Shown piece after piece: positions 1 to 13,699 of a stretch of DNA of 64,000 bases. The notes below the pieces were generated by a model. That model did no database searches. It was not told the DNA's origin and was given only the letters and a program-made list of their open reading frames with translations. A program made the position numbers and the translations under genes. Source of the DNA: Lama glama (lineage: Eukaryota); contig CM052818.1 in the NCBI GenBank assembly GCA_028534125.1, forward strand, positions 19,222,001 through 19,286,000. Direction: 5' to 3'. The stretch's first letter is position 1, and the number at the start of each line of letters is the position of its first letter.

Positions 1-1038
1 TAACACTAAAACTTCAGTAGGAACACGGGTATGGACATGAACAAACAACTGGTGTAAGGGAAAACAAATGGTGAATAAATAGCTTTTAAATTACCAATCT
101 CACTAGTTGTAATCTAAGAATTTCCAAATAAAGCAGCTATCATTCATTTCCTGACAATCAAATCCGTCAGGATTTTAAAAAAAGAATGCTGTGTGATCAC
201 ATAAATCTGTGTGCCTGCCACAGCCCTACCTATACCAGATGTTAGCATTTTCTTTTCTCTTTCACCAAATGTAAGGAGGGGAAACTTTTTTTTAATTAGA
301 GATTCTGACAGTTCTTCATGTGCTTACTGCTCATTTCTTTTTCTGTGAAATGCTACTGGCATCTTCTACTTATTTCTTTAAACTTTTATGTTATGAATAT
401 TAACTTGTTGACTAATTAATACACCAAACATTAGTATTGCTTTTATAATTCCTCACAAACAATAATCAACACATAATTTACTAAGGATCTACTATATGCA
501 AAGTACTTTAGAAGACCCCAAGAAACAGAAGGCATAGCCTCCCTGTCTTCAAAGCTCTTAAATAGTGAAATAAAGACAAGAGATTTCATAACCTCTAAAA
601 TAAAAAGCTAATAAATTACAGTTATGTCAAAGAGTTCAAAGAAACAGTCATGACCTTAGGCTCATGTGACAAGGAAAGTCTTCAGAGAAGTAGAATTTCT
701 GTCATTAAGGGTCTGTAAAGATTAGAAAGGACTTGGGTAAAGGGCAAAGAAGGACCGTTCCAGGTAGTGTGAACAGTTCAAGTAAAAGCATGGTAGTGGG
801 GACATTTGTAAGGTGAACAACTACCAGTAACCTTAAGAAGACAACTTTAAAAATCAAAGAAGCTTTCCACAACTATGGCCAGTCATCCTTTCAAGACAGT
901 ATAATGTGTATAAAGTTCACAGTAAAACTATTAAACTAGATAAAAGAGTGCAGATGTTTTATAGATGAATCTGCAAATTTACTTCTTAAAGGACAAGGAC
1001 ATTCATTTCCATTTCCAGAAGACTGGGAAACACACTTA

Positions 1039-1305
<267 letters not shown>

Positions 1306-2074
1306 TTAGTTCTAAATTGCACATTAGTGACTAATAACTTAGGTCATGTGATACAGCATACAAGAAGCAGAGCCACAGGCTGCCTCAAGGCATGGCCAGT
1401 TACTGCCTTACACTGCTCTCTAAAATAATGCTGTTTTCTCTTCAGACAAACCTCAACTGGGCCCTTCATCAAAAGGACTCATGAAAAATTACCTATAATT
1501 TGACTATGGTCTAGAAAAACCATACTGACGTTTCCCCACAGCTCACAGAGCTGCCTGAAAGATAATTTTATGAAATGCAGACCTAATTGATTAATTAGCT
1601 AAGTAGTATGACTCATTAATAAATGGATCTATTAGACAATGGGTCAGTATGAGCAAATCCTTCAAATCAAGTTAACTTCACACTAGAACCCAAAGACATG
1701 ACCCTACTTTTAGAAAATGTGCAATTTACCAATTAATGGTTTAGATTATATGAACAACTTAAAAATTCATTTGGGGAAATAAAATACAATCATTGACTGC
1801 TCCCCAAACACATTTGCCCAAAGACTCCTACCACTCCCACCCCAACCACTTCTGTTTTCTAGAATCTGGTTAAGATCTCTCAAAATACTTTAGTTTGAGA
1901 GTGCTGCATTAGCCTATAAGCAGGTCTACTTTTTTAGAGTTTCATATGAATAGAGTACCACGTCTTTAAAGAATTGCTACCCTAAGCTGAAGTCATTCCA
2001 GCAGCCAATTCTGCTTGAACTTGAATGACCTCACTATTGAAGGTCTGGCCCAAAGGGAAGAGATGTTCATTTTA

Positions 2075-2209
2075 TTTATTTTTTATTTTTTCGGAGGAGG
2101 AGAAACATTAGGTTATTTATTTATTTATGGAGGTACTGGGGATTGAATCCAGGACCTCATGCATACTAAGCATGCATTCTACTACTGAGCTATACTCTCC
2201 TCTCCCAAG
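2075..2209 (-). mobile_element. tRNA-Ala-derived SINE (camelid Vic-1-like)
   Basis: Reverse complement of GTATAGCTCAGTAGTAGAATGCATGCTTAG...GAGGTCCTGGATTCAATCCCCAGTACCTCCA plus AAAT tail; 16-bp TSD AGAGATGTTCATTTTA at 2059-2074 and 2210-2225. Confidence 0.9.
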
Positions 2210-2428
2210 AGAGATGTTCATTTTAAATGCACTGAATCCCTAGAAGTTTCATTCTGTTCATTCACATATTCATTCATTCATTTATTCACATATTATTAAT
2301 ATATTACTAACTAGTATGAATAATGTTCTTCTTTCTAAGGTCAAAAACTAGGATTTTCTCCTTCAATTTTAAATATATTTCTACTCCAACATAAAACAGG
2401 GGACACATTACTCCCCAAAAGCCCATCA

Positions 2429-2749
<321 letters not shown>

Positions 2750-4779
2750 CTATAAGAATAAATTTAACCCTCCCTCATTTGGGAATTCAAAATCCATTTC
2801 CTAACTTATATAATTTTTAAAATTAACAAAGGTTTGTCATAACTAAACTTGAAAGGAACACCTAAGACTCAACCTAAGGTTAAAATGTGTTGTTACATCT
2901 TCCCCTACTATGAACAGATTTCAAAAATAGGGTATGATGCCCTCCCTTACCAAAATCCACTAAACTATAGAAGCCCATAGCTGCTTATATAAAGAAATGA
3001 AGTAGAGGTTAAAAGAAGAAAGAAAGAGAAAAAGCTTTCACGACATATTGATAAGGGAAGAAAAGCAGGGTGCAGTGATAACTGAGGCACACTTCTAAAC
3101 TGGAAAAGACTGAAACCAGGGTGACATTTCACAATTATCATTCAGAAACCTGCAAATACTAGGCAACAAGATATAATGTAAACATCAAGATTGTTACTTG
3201 GGGGAAAAAAAAAGATTGTCACTTGAGTTTTTTTTTCCCCATGCAGTGAAATTTCAGCATAAATTTAAATTCACAATTGTCACTTCAAACACTTTCAACA
3301 AGATTCTATCCTGCTAGAACATTAAAAATAAAAGCTATTATATACATTTAACAGTCCCTGACACATGCTAAGCAAACCGTGATTAGGCAATAAAAAAGGT
3401 AAAAATTTTCAGAATAGATTAAAAAATTTTAAGAGGTTAGAGGAGTTGGTGGAACAGACACATGTGTCACGTGGAACTATCACATGTACATCAATGTGTC
3501 AAAAGCTTCACGAGAAATTTAAAAGAATAGCGTTTAATTTTAGAAAAATACACCATTATAAGTTTAATTAAATGGCAGGAAATTTGACTCATCTTTGATT
3601 CCCTTGTTCCCCATAAAAGTGATAAAGTATTTTTTGAAAATAAAAATTAACTTATAAATGGTCAAATACAAATAATTCTTACTGTTTCACCACTTACAGG
3701 GGATGGGAGTGGGGTGGGAAAGAGTCCACACTACCCTATCAAGCAGCAACAGGAACCTGTGAGTTACCTAGATATTACTGGAGTCTTACTATAATTACTT
3801 TAATTCATATAATTTCTAACATACCAACAAAATAGGTTTATAATAAATATTTTTTTAAAAAACCAAAAGCCTCTTAATTAAAGAGTCTATACTTGGTATC
3901 TCACATCATCTGGCTCTTAACAGACCACCTTGTCTGATTTAACAGCAAGATAGAAAACTACAAAAATGACCCACTACATTTTTAATAAAGATAGTTTATG
4001 ATGTGTATATTAGACTATGACGAAGTTTCATTTAAATTCAAGGTGACTCCAAATACAAAACCTTCAATTTAAATATTAAAATCTAGCAGCTTTAACCTAT
4101 TAGGCGCCTAATGAATATTAATTATTATTTTTGAGAAAAACTCCCAGTTTGAACATATAGTGTTTTTTAGGATCCTTAAAATGCAATCTAGGCTCAGGAA
4201 CATAACTCAACTAAAAGATTATCTGATACCACCAAGCAAAAATGTAATCTTTACAAATTTCATTCATCTCAACACAAATATATAAAGTATACTAAAACAC
4301 TTTAAAAGTTTTATTTTTATTTCTGATTTACTATAAAAATTCAGTAGTAAACATTTTATAGAATTATGCATGCTCATACTTTTTAAGTGACTTATCACCC
4401 CTAAATAATTCAGCACGCATATCCTAAGAACAAGGACATCTTCCTACTTAATCACAATACATACCCAAGAAATGTGACACTGATACCATATTATTTCACA
4501 CTAAACTTTGCCAATTTGTCCCAAGAGTCCCCTTTACAGCAATTCCTCAATTCCAACTCCGAGCCCTGGATCCAACGAAGGGTCATCTATCCACTGCCTT
4601 TGACTGTCCCGTCCCTTTAAGTCTCCTTTATCTAGAACAGAGCCTGCCCAGTTCTTTTTTGCTTCCATGACACTGACATTTTTAAAGAGTTCAGGCCTTA
4701 AAAAGTATATCCTGTAATCTAATTTTATCTAATTCTTTTTTCTTATTACTATTCAGGTTAAACATTTTGGTCAATACTA

Positions 4780-5071
4780 TAGGTATACTTCAGAGATACT
4801 GCAGGTTTAAGTCCAGACCACCACAATAAAGTGAGTATCACCATAAAGCAAGTCACACAATTTTTTTTTGTTACCCAATGCACATAAAAGTTATGTTTAC
4901 ACTATACTGTGGTCTATTAAGTGTGAGATAGTATGTATGTACACCTTAAATTAAAAAATAACTTTATTGCTAAAAAATGCTAACCATCATCTTACAAGGC
5001 AGAGTTACCACAAACCTTCAATTTGTTTAAAAAAAAAATACTGGCAAGCACAAGAAAATGAGGTATGCCTA
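4780..5071 (+). mobile_element. Internally deleted Tigger1-like (TcMar) DNA transposon, nested in old minus-strand L1 sequence
   Basis: TIRs TAGGTATACTTC...GAGGTATGCCTA with TA target sites; internal CCAGACCACCACAATAAAG and CACAAACCTTCAATTTG match Tigger1 ends as recalled. Confidence 0.8.
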
Positions 5072-5829
5072 TACATAGGTGAATGTGTCCTTCCCACTGC
5101 AGCAGGAAGCATATATATAACGTCATTTGTCCCACTACTGGTGATGCCAACTTTGATCACTTGGCTAAAGTAATTCTTTGGTGTGTTTCTGAAAGGCACA
5201 ATAAAGGTTACAGTCAATATACACATGATGATAGGCAAAGCCTTCTAGATTAACTCATTGCCACCTACCTGCACTGCACATTCATTCCATGCTAAGGGCA
5301 GTACCACAGAGTCAGGTCATGCCTTCCCCTTAATTATAAGACAATCATCTCAAACAGTGCCCCCTAGCATGGACTCTGAAAATCTATCAAATGGCACACA
5401 CAACTCAAAAGGCTTGATTCCTGTGTAATTTCTATTTGCTTTTTAGTGGTATTTAACTCCATAACCTGGAGTGTAAGTCCACAGATCATCTAAGACATTA
5501 CTGCCTTGTAGTCCTTAGTGTTTCTTTTCTTTGTTACCACTACAGTAAGTTTTGTGCTTTTCTGCATGTTTTTGTTTTTCAGAATATTCCCATTTCTTAG
5601 CCTGCACTGGCTTATCTTTCTAGGTACAAGAGTAATTTCCGGTTACTTTTCCCACCAAAATACAGCATGCATTATTTTATAGGAAGCTTAACATAATAAA
5701 TAGCCATAGTATGTAACAGTTTAAAAAAAACACAACAAAAACCACTCTTCAAGCATCCCAATGTTTTTTCTATTATCAAAAACAGGGACATATTTGGAAC
5801 ATTTAATGTATTGGTTCTATTAAATTTAC

Positions 5830-5927
5830 CTGAAGAAATATTGACAATTTCTCTAACAATGGCATCCTGGGCTTCCTCATACTCAGTTTTATTTTTGGTA
5901 TACTCTTCATTGAGAGAAGTCAACTTA
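5830..5927 (-). CDS. MSH2: MSH2 exon 11 (98 nt)
   Basis: gcag|TAAGTTG...TCAG|gtaaat; [33 protein letters not shown]. Confidence 0.97.
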
Positions 5928-6234
5928 CTGCAAATCAAGATAACGATACAATTTAAAATATCTATTGGAGGTAATGTGCACTACATAAAATATATCCAGA
6001 GTATTATCATATAAAGCATAAAAACAATAATTAAAATGGAAATATCAGTAGAAAACAGGCAACTAACTAGGAGCAGATGTGGCTGGAATTCAGTGTATTA
6101 ACATTTATGCTGTTTGGAATGGCCCATTGGCACAATTCTTGCTTTAACAATTAATCCCTTGAGTGAAATTCTGATCTGTGACCTTTTCTAAAATACAGAA
6201 ATGGAGTAAGTCTTCATCCCCCTTGTAAAATACA

Positions 6235-7010
6235 TACACAAGCAGCACTATTTACAGTGGCCAAGATATGGCAGCAACCCAAGTGCTCATCAAAAGATGA
6301 ATGGATAAATACGTGGTGTGTGTATTACTATACATAAAGTAAACAACAAGGACCTAATGTATAGCACAGGGAACTATACTCAATGTCTTGTAATAATATA
6401 TAATGGGAAAGAATCTGAAAAGAAAAAAATTGTAACTGAATCACTTTGCTGTACACCTGAAACTAACATTATAAATCAACTACACTTCAATAAAAAAATT
6501 TTAAAAATAAAATAAAAACAAGTCCTTGCAGCCAAAAAAACAAAAAAAACAAAAAAAACCATATGTGATACATGTGTGATAGAATGTTACTCAATCATAA
6601 AAAGCAATGAAATTCTGCCATTTGCAGCAATGTGGATGGAACTAGAGAATATTATACTTAGTGAAATTAAGTCACAGAAAGACAAATACTGTAGTTATCA
6701 CTTACATGTGGAATCTAAAAAATAAAATGAATGTATACAGCAAAACAGAAACAAACTCACAAATACAGAAAACAAACTAGTGGTTACCAGTGGGGAAAGG
6801 GAAGGGGGAAGGGCACATAAGGAGCATGGATTAAGAGATAAGAACTACTATGTATAAGATAAATAAACAACAAAGATATATTGTATAACACAGGGAATTA
6901 TAGCCATTATCTTATAACTTTTAATGGAGTATAAACTATAAAAATACTGAATCACTATGCTGTACACCTGAAACTAATAATATAAATCAACTATAATCTG
7001 ATAAATAAAT
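6235..7010 (+). mobile_element. L1 3' end (ORF2 C-terminus/3' UTR) with a second L1 3' end nested at about 6324-6558
   Basis: CAACCCAAGTG...GATGAATGGATAAA; GCCATTTGCAGCAATGTGGATGGAACTAGAG; two copies of the L1 terminus GAATCACT-TGCTGTACACCTGAAACTAA. Confidence 0.85.
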
Positions 7011-8480
7011 ACAACACCACACACGGTTTAATATTGAAAGTTGTTAAACTAAGGAAAATGTTTTGAAAACAATCTTACTGAGCAATTTAAAGACAAAACA
7101 AAAATTACAGGTTGAAATAATGCTAAAGAAAGATGGGAATAAAGTGGAGAAAAAATATTCATTAGTATCAAAGGAAGGGAATGAAATTAAAAACAAAAAG
7201 ACAAGATGAGGGGGTCATAAAGGAAAAGAGAAAGAAGGGGAAGTACTTATCAGGAGGAGGATACTAGTCAACCCAGGCAGTAACTGTGAACTTGATGGAA
7301 TCAGACAACAGCAAAACACATATACAGCACGAGAACAGTACACAGGCAAAAAAAGACTTATGAAACAGGCAAATAAAAGAATTAAAGGAAGAAAAGTAAG
7401 AGGCAAAGACATTATAAAAGTGAGACCGGTGCTTTGAATCACCCACTGGTTAGTTATAACATACATCAATTTCTTGATTCAGGAATATAGTGTGACTGAA
7501 AAGCAGCAACTAATGAATTTGGCAACAGAAGATCTAGGTTTGAGTATCTGTTGTTACTAGTTGTCCAATCCTGGGGAACTAGAGTTTCAGTTTCGGCATC
7601 TAAAAAGTGAGAGAAATATGACCTGTCCTATTTATTTCAGAAAGTTGTCATGAGAAAGTAACTATAAACAGACTGACTTTTCACTGAACGCCTAGAATAG
7701 TATCTGCATATAACAGACACTCAAAACACTTTCTAAATAAACGGATAAAAAAGGATCATAAATACAAAAACTACTCGTAAAGTACTAAGCATATCCAGGA
7801 GGGGCGGGAGTAAAGCTGTCCGTAAGTTCCAGTGTAGTACAGAAGAGAAAGGATAAATATCCCCACTCCTCCAGTTACATAAGACTTATTTTTAAATAAT
7901 TCTTTTACCACCTATAAATAATTTACCTCAGGAACTTCCTAACATCAGCAAGAGAAAAGGCAGAAAAAAATTGGTAAGATTTTTTTCAACATGGAACTTT
8001 TAAAAAATGCTGTAATCTAATGAATGACTTCATTAAGGCTGGGAGACATCTCCCTAAAGTAACTGGTATATATTCAATAGATATATGAGAAAATTTTGAC
8101 TTGTAAAAGATAACAAAGTTTTCTTAGAAAAAATAAATGTGAAAATAACTAACAGAGATATAAAGGGGAACTAAGTTTAATAGATATGGAAACATAAAAT
8201 TAAATGTAATACAATCTATTTCACATTGATAAAAGGATGGTAAGACAGATACGTGAAAGAATAATCTTAAAAACAGACCTAAAGGGCTATGTCAGTCAGT
8301 GAAGAAAAGGTGAATTATTTAACAAGTGCTGCTGGGATACCTGACCAAGCTCTTGTAAGAAAAAAAGCTTCAAGCTTATCTTATGTCATATATTAATTAA
8401 AAATAAATAAGGCAAAACATCCTTATCACAGAAATTCACATTTCATCAGAGAATAGTTTCATGGGACTATTGAAGGCTTA

Positions 8481-8678
<198 letters not shown>

Positions 8679-10103
8679 TCATAGATATCCACAGCCATTT
8701 TTCAATGTAAGTGTTTAAAATACTTAAATCTAAATAGTGAAAAATATACTTTTATTATATGACAGCATACTTAAAATTATTAGTATTATCTAACTGAGAA
8801 AGATTCACATCCTACTTCACTTTACTTCACTCAAAAACTACATGAGTTAAGGATATCTACAGAATCCTTAAACTCCCTGATCAATGTTCGCTTCTGACGT
8901 GACATGGCAGCGGGCAGCACACACTGTTGTAGATGCTGTGGGTATGAGGAAAAATAAGATATGGCCATTGCCCCTGAGGAGTTCTGCATGAGGGTTCTTT
9001 AGTTAATCAAAGCATTTCTCTGGAACTAATGTGGAGAATAACTACAGAAAACAAATAGACTTTCCAAACAAAACCTTGAGACAGACTCTGAAGCTCTAGA
9101 AAAACAAGGACATATACTTTGTGTTAAGTGTAGGAAACTTTACAAAACAAATGATCAATCAGTTAGACTTTATGCACCTACGATTTCTGAGTTTTTATCT
9201 TTGTTCTTTCCTCTTAATCTCATTCATCAATGTGATCCTTAGACTCCAAACCAGAGAGAGACAATTATCTACAAATTACTTGCTAAAGTGTAACTGTGGA
9301 ATATGAGAAGCAGCAAACAACTAAAGACAGAACTCACTCAACTAGGGAAGAAAGAGACCATAGACAGAACATGGAGAGAGCTATGAAATGAGAAGGGTGA
9401 ATTTCAATATCCTTCAAGGTAAAGATGTTTAAATCTAGGATCTAGTCCGTGTATGGACTCTCCATGGACACTATTAGCAGAAATTTTTATGTATGTTGTT
9501 ATGGGCATATACAAGAGTTTTACTGCTGTGAGGGGTCTTCTAATATGCTAAGATTTATTTGTTCAACATACATTTGGGAGATGCTCAGAACAAAGAGGTT
9601 TATAAATTCAGGGCAAAACAGAACAAAACTGTGTAAGACTAATTAGGGAATTAATAATTTAGGAAATTTAAATCTAATAATTTTTTTAAATTTGATATTA
9701 ATGAAGTGACTGGGAAGCCCGAAGCCAAGTCAATGAACTACTCCTAGTAGAATTAGGCTAGTAGAGGAGGTGACATTTAAAACAGGTCTTACATGATGCT
9801 AAAAAAATAAAAATAAAAATAAAGTAAAAGTTAAAAAAATAAAAGACATAATGGAAGGTTATGCCGGGTGATTTGTTTGGCAGGAACGTGGGGTCATCCT
9901 GTAATCAGGAAAATTAGTAAGAGATGAATCTGGAAGGTCAGGCCAGGCTCCAAATGTAAAGAACTCTGTATATAAACTTTAAATGTAATTTTAATCAGTA
10001 GAAAAGAGGGCTGGCACTTTAAACAAGAAGTGGCGTGATCAACTGTGTCTTCCAGGAAGGTAATTCTGGCACCAGTGTGAATACTATATAGACAAAAGAA
10101 TTA

Positions 10104-10253
<150 letters not shown>

Positions 10254-10934
10254 CTATAGACAGAACAAAGAATAGCTAAATTTTGTAAATGATGGATAAA
10301 TATGAAAATCATGAGTATTTTGCTTTATTTATTTTTCACTAATGTTTTGAGTTAAATGATTCACTATCTGTAAGCTATTCAGTCACAACTATAAGAAATG
10401 TCCATTAACAGATGTAAAGAGTTTCATGGATTAGGAACTTAGACCTCTAGATTTACAAAAATTGTTCAAATCAAACAGACAATGCTAATGATGCTTTTGT
10501 CACTAATAGTATTCATTATTTTTCCCTATACAATGTTCAAAGACTAATAATAGAATGTGTATTTTTTGTTCAAACCAAGGATCCATCTTAGGGATCTCAA
10601 AAGTTAACTCTTGAAATCCCTTTTAAAACAAAATGACTAAAATTTTAACAAAGTTACAACAGAATATTTTTTAAAAAGAATGAAGCCTATCCTTATAGAC
10701 GTTAAGAACTACTAAAAAGACCTTATTTTATATAAAAACAAAATGTAAAAGTCACTTTTCTAAAACAAGGAGATTTTTTAAAATTCAGTAAGTGGGACTG
10801 ATATAAATTCCTCCCAATTACTATCTACTTAATCAGAGCACAATCTTCTTCACATACGAATATCGAACACCGCAAGAATAAAATCACATTACAGAAAGTT
10901 AGCAAAAAAAAGAGACCAAAATATTTATCAAACC

Positions 10935-11070
10935 GAGAGACGGTATAGCTCAGTGGTAGAATGTGTGCTTAGTATGCACAAGGTCCTGGGTTCAATCCAG
11001 TACCTCCATGAAAATAAACAAGTAAATAAATAAACCTAATTACCTCCCTCCCAAAACAAACAAAGAAAAC
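10935..11070 (+). mobile_element. tRNA-Ala-derived SINE (Vic-1-like)
   Basis: GGTATAGCTCAGTGGTAGAA...GGTCCTGGGTTCAATCCAGTACCTCCA, then AAATAAATAAACCTAATTACCTCCC tail. Confidence 0.88.
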
Positions 11071-12606
11071 TCCCGAAAGTAAAAATGCAGTTTGAAGTAG
11101 AAACAAAAGAAACTTAAAAAAAATTACCAAATAACTTTCTCAATTTAAACCAAGAAAATAAGATTTAATTATATAATACACTAAAATTTAAATTTTTGAA
11201 TAAACCTAATTTTTAAAAAGATATAAAAGACTAAAAATAGCTCTGCAAAATATTAACATGTAAAGGATCATATTTTCTTTTATAAAAAAGCACTTGTTTG
11301 CATGTATGAGAAAAACATCATTAAATGGGCAAGTATAAAAACATACAACTCACAGATGAAAAAATACGTAGTAAGCTAGCCCATAGAAAAATGCTAAAGC
11401 TCTATAATAATACAAGACATGAATATTTAAGCAACCTTAAGATATTATTTTACAGCTGTTTTTTTAAAAGAAAAAAAATCTACCACCAAATACTAACGAG
11501 GGTACAGTGAAATTAGTATACTCATTCATTTCTGGTGAGACTCTGAATTGTTATAACCTTTAAAAAAGAAAAAGCAATATGAGACAAGACTCAAGAGATA
11601 TTTGTTATACTCTGGAACACAGCAATTCTCCTCCTAGGAATTCAATCTACGGAAATAATGCAACAGAAGCAAACAACACAAGGATGAACAAAATCTTCAC
11701 AAATCTGTTACAACAAAACCTGGAAATAACAGAACAGCATAATATTTGCACAATGGAACATCAATTGAATGTTATACAGTTATTTAAACAGACAATGAAG
11801 ATGATTTAGATACAAGGACCAAGACTTATGATAATTCCAAGGAAAAAAATTATGCTACAATGGTGGGTTGACAGTGTTACCGACTGGCTTCTGCCAATGA
11901 AACTTAAGAGAAGTGAAGCAGAGCCAGGCTAAGTTCCCATCCTCATCCTCACTTTCCAGAAACCCACTGGTGAGCCAACAAAACCCTGAGAATTCTCACT
12001 AAGAATTCCAATCTGGAGAGAAGAAAGTTGAATTGGTATCCTTACATTTTCCTTCTGCAGATGGGGGAATACTATTCAGAAAGTGCTGCTGGGAGACCCA
12101 AGTGAAACAAAGGACAGGGAATGAGTGGGCTCTAACTTACTAAATATTCTTAGGGCCACACACCAAATGGGGTATCCTTCAGCAATACATTACTCCTCCC
12201 AAATAATCTGGGATAACAAAACATACCACTCAACTAAGTTTTCTAACCCAGAACTGAGGTATTCTAATCAACAAGACATATATTACCTACTCAGGACCAG
12301 AAATACACCTATTGCACAAAGGAGATAGAACAAAATAAACCCAGGCCTAGAACTCCAAAAAACAAGATAATGAAATCAAGAAACAAGATAAAAAGGAGGA
12401 AGGGAAGTTGGATCCTAACAATACATTAAAATACAAATAAATACAACAAAACAAAGAGAAGAGATATTGTTGAATCAAACTACCTGTACTGATACAGTAG
12501 AAAAGACCTGATATAATCAGAGAAAATTCATATGAAAGACAGAGATTAAAGTAATTAGAGAAGAGAAAATATGGAAGATACTAGATATCATCTTAAAAAA
12601 AAAGCC

Positions 12607-12650
12607 TCACAACATTGTAAAATGATTATAAATCAATAAAAAATGTTAAA
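12607..12650 (+). mobile_element. Extremely 5'-truncated young L1 (terminal ~45 nt)
   Basis: Identical to the reverse complement of 22303-22349; flanked by AAAAAAAAGCC direct repeats. Confidence 0.8.
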
Positions 12651-12989
12651 AAAAAGCCAAAAAACTCCACTATCCGAGAAATACTAGATAAAATATTATA
12701 AAAATGTTTTCAAATAAATGTATAGTTGAGTTAGAGAAAATTAATGTCTGAGCTCCTATACAAGTCAAGAGTCCCTAGCATAAAGCCAGGCCAGGGGTAC
12801 CATTTTAAAAACTTAACTCATGATAAACAGTAACAATTAGGGAAACCTGCCTCTATCAGCCTGGGCCCCTGGTAAAAGGCAGGTGGGCCAGAATCTCCTC
12901 CCTGGCAACGTGTAGCTAAAAACCTACCTTCACTGGGGCTGGGATTTCAAATGTCTACTATTTGGGTTGTCAGTGAAAGAAGCTGCTGG

Positions 12990-13430
12990 TTGTAACCATT
13001 TCTATTATCCCCTCCTTCTACACTGATAAAAATGACAATATTTCTTTCACAAGGGACATAACTGCTAAGAACAAAGGCTACATTTTCCTGCTTCCCTTGC
13101 AGCTGATATGGGCATATGACTAAATTCCGACCAACAGAATGTGAGCAGAAATGATGTGTACCATTTCCAGAGTATGTCCTCTTCATCCCCTTTTGTCCTT
13201 TCCCATTGACTGGGGTGAAGATAAGGTAGTAAGCCATCCTGGAACTTCAAGATGAAGGCAACACCCTAAGGAGGATGGAGAAGGAAGGGAGGAGCCAGAC
13301 TGCAGAGACAGTGGGGCTGCCCTGCCAGCCCTGTGCTGCTATACTCATTCTGTTACGACAGAAAATTAAACCCCTACTCCTGTTTAAGCCACCATTATTT
13401 ATTCAAGGTTTCTTCTTCAGCAGCTAAATC
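12990..13430. mobile_element. MLT1-like (ERVL-MaLR) LTR
   Basis: CATTTTCCTGCTTCCCTTGCAGCT...CATATGACTAAATTCCGACCAACAGAATGTGAGCAGAAATGATGTG; TGTTTAAGCCACCATTATTT. Confidence 0.65.
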
Positions 13431-13699
13431 TTCGCTCTTAAAAAGTGTCCCTGGATTAATTACACTGTAGGGTATAGGGCAAAAGCAAATTTTATCTGAA
13501 GGGATGTATGATTTGCACAGACAGAACCCAGATAAATGAGAATTCACAATCTAAATATACAGAACAAGGAAACAAGCCACCAAGAACAAGAGAATTAAAA
13601 AAAAAAAAAAGGTAGGCAGAGGTGGGGGGAAGACTCAGTAGAAACAAGGCAAGGAGCAGATTTAAACTCAAGAAATTTTAGAGATAGAATATTAGATAT

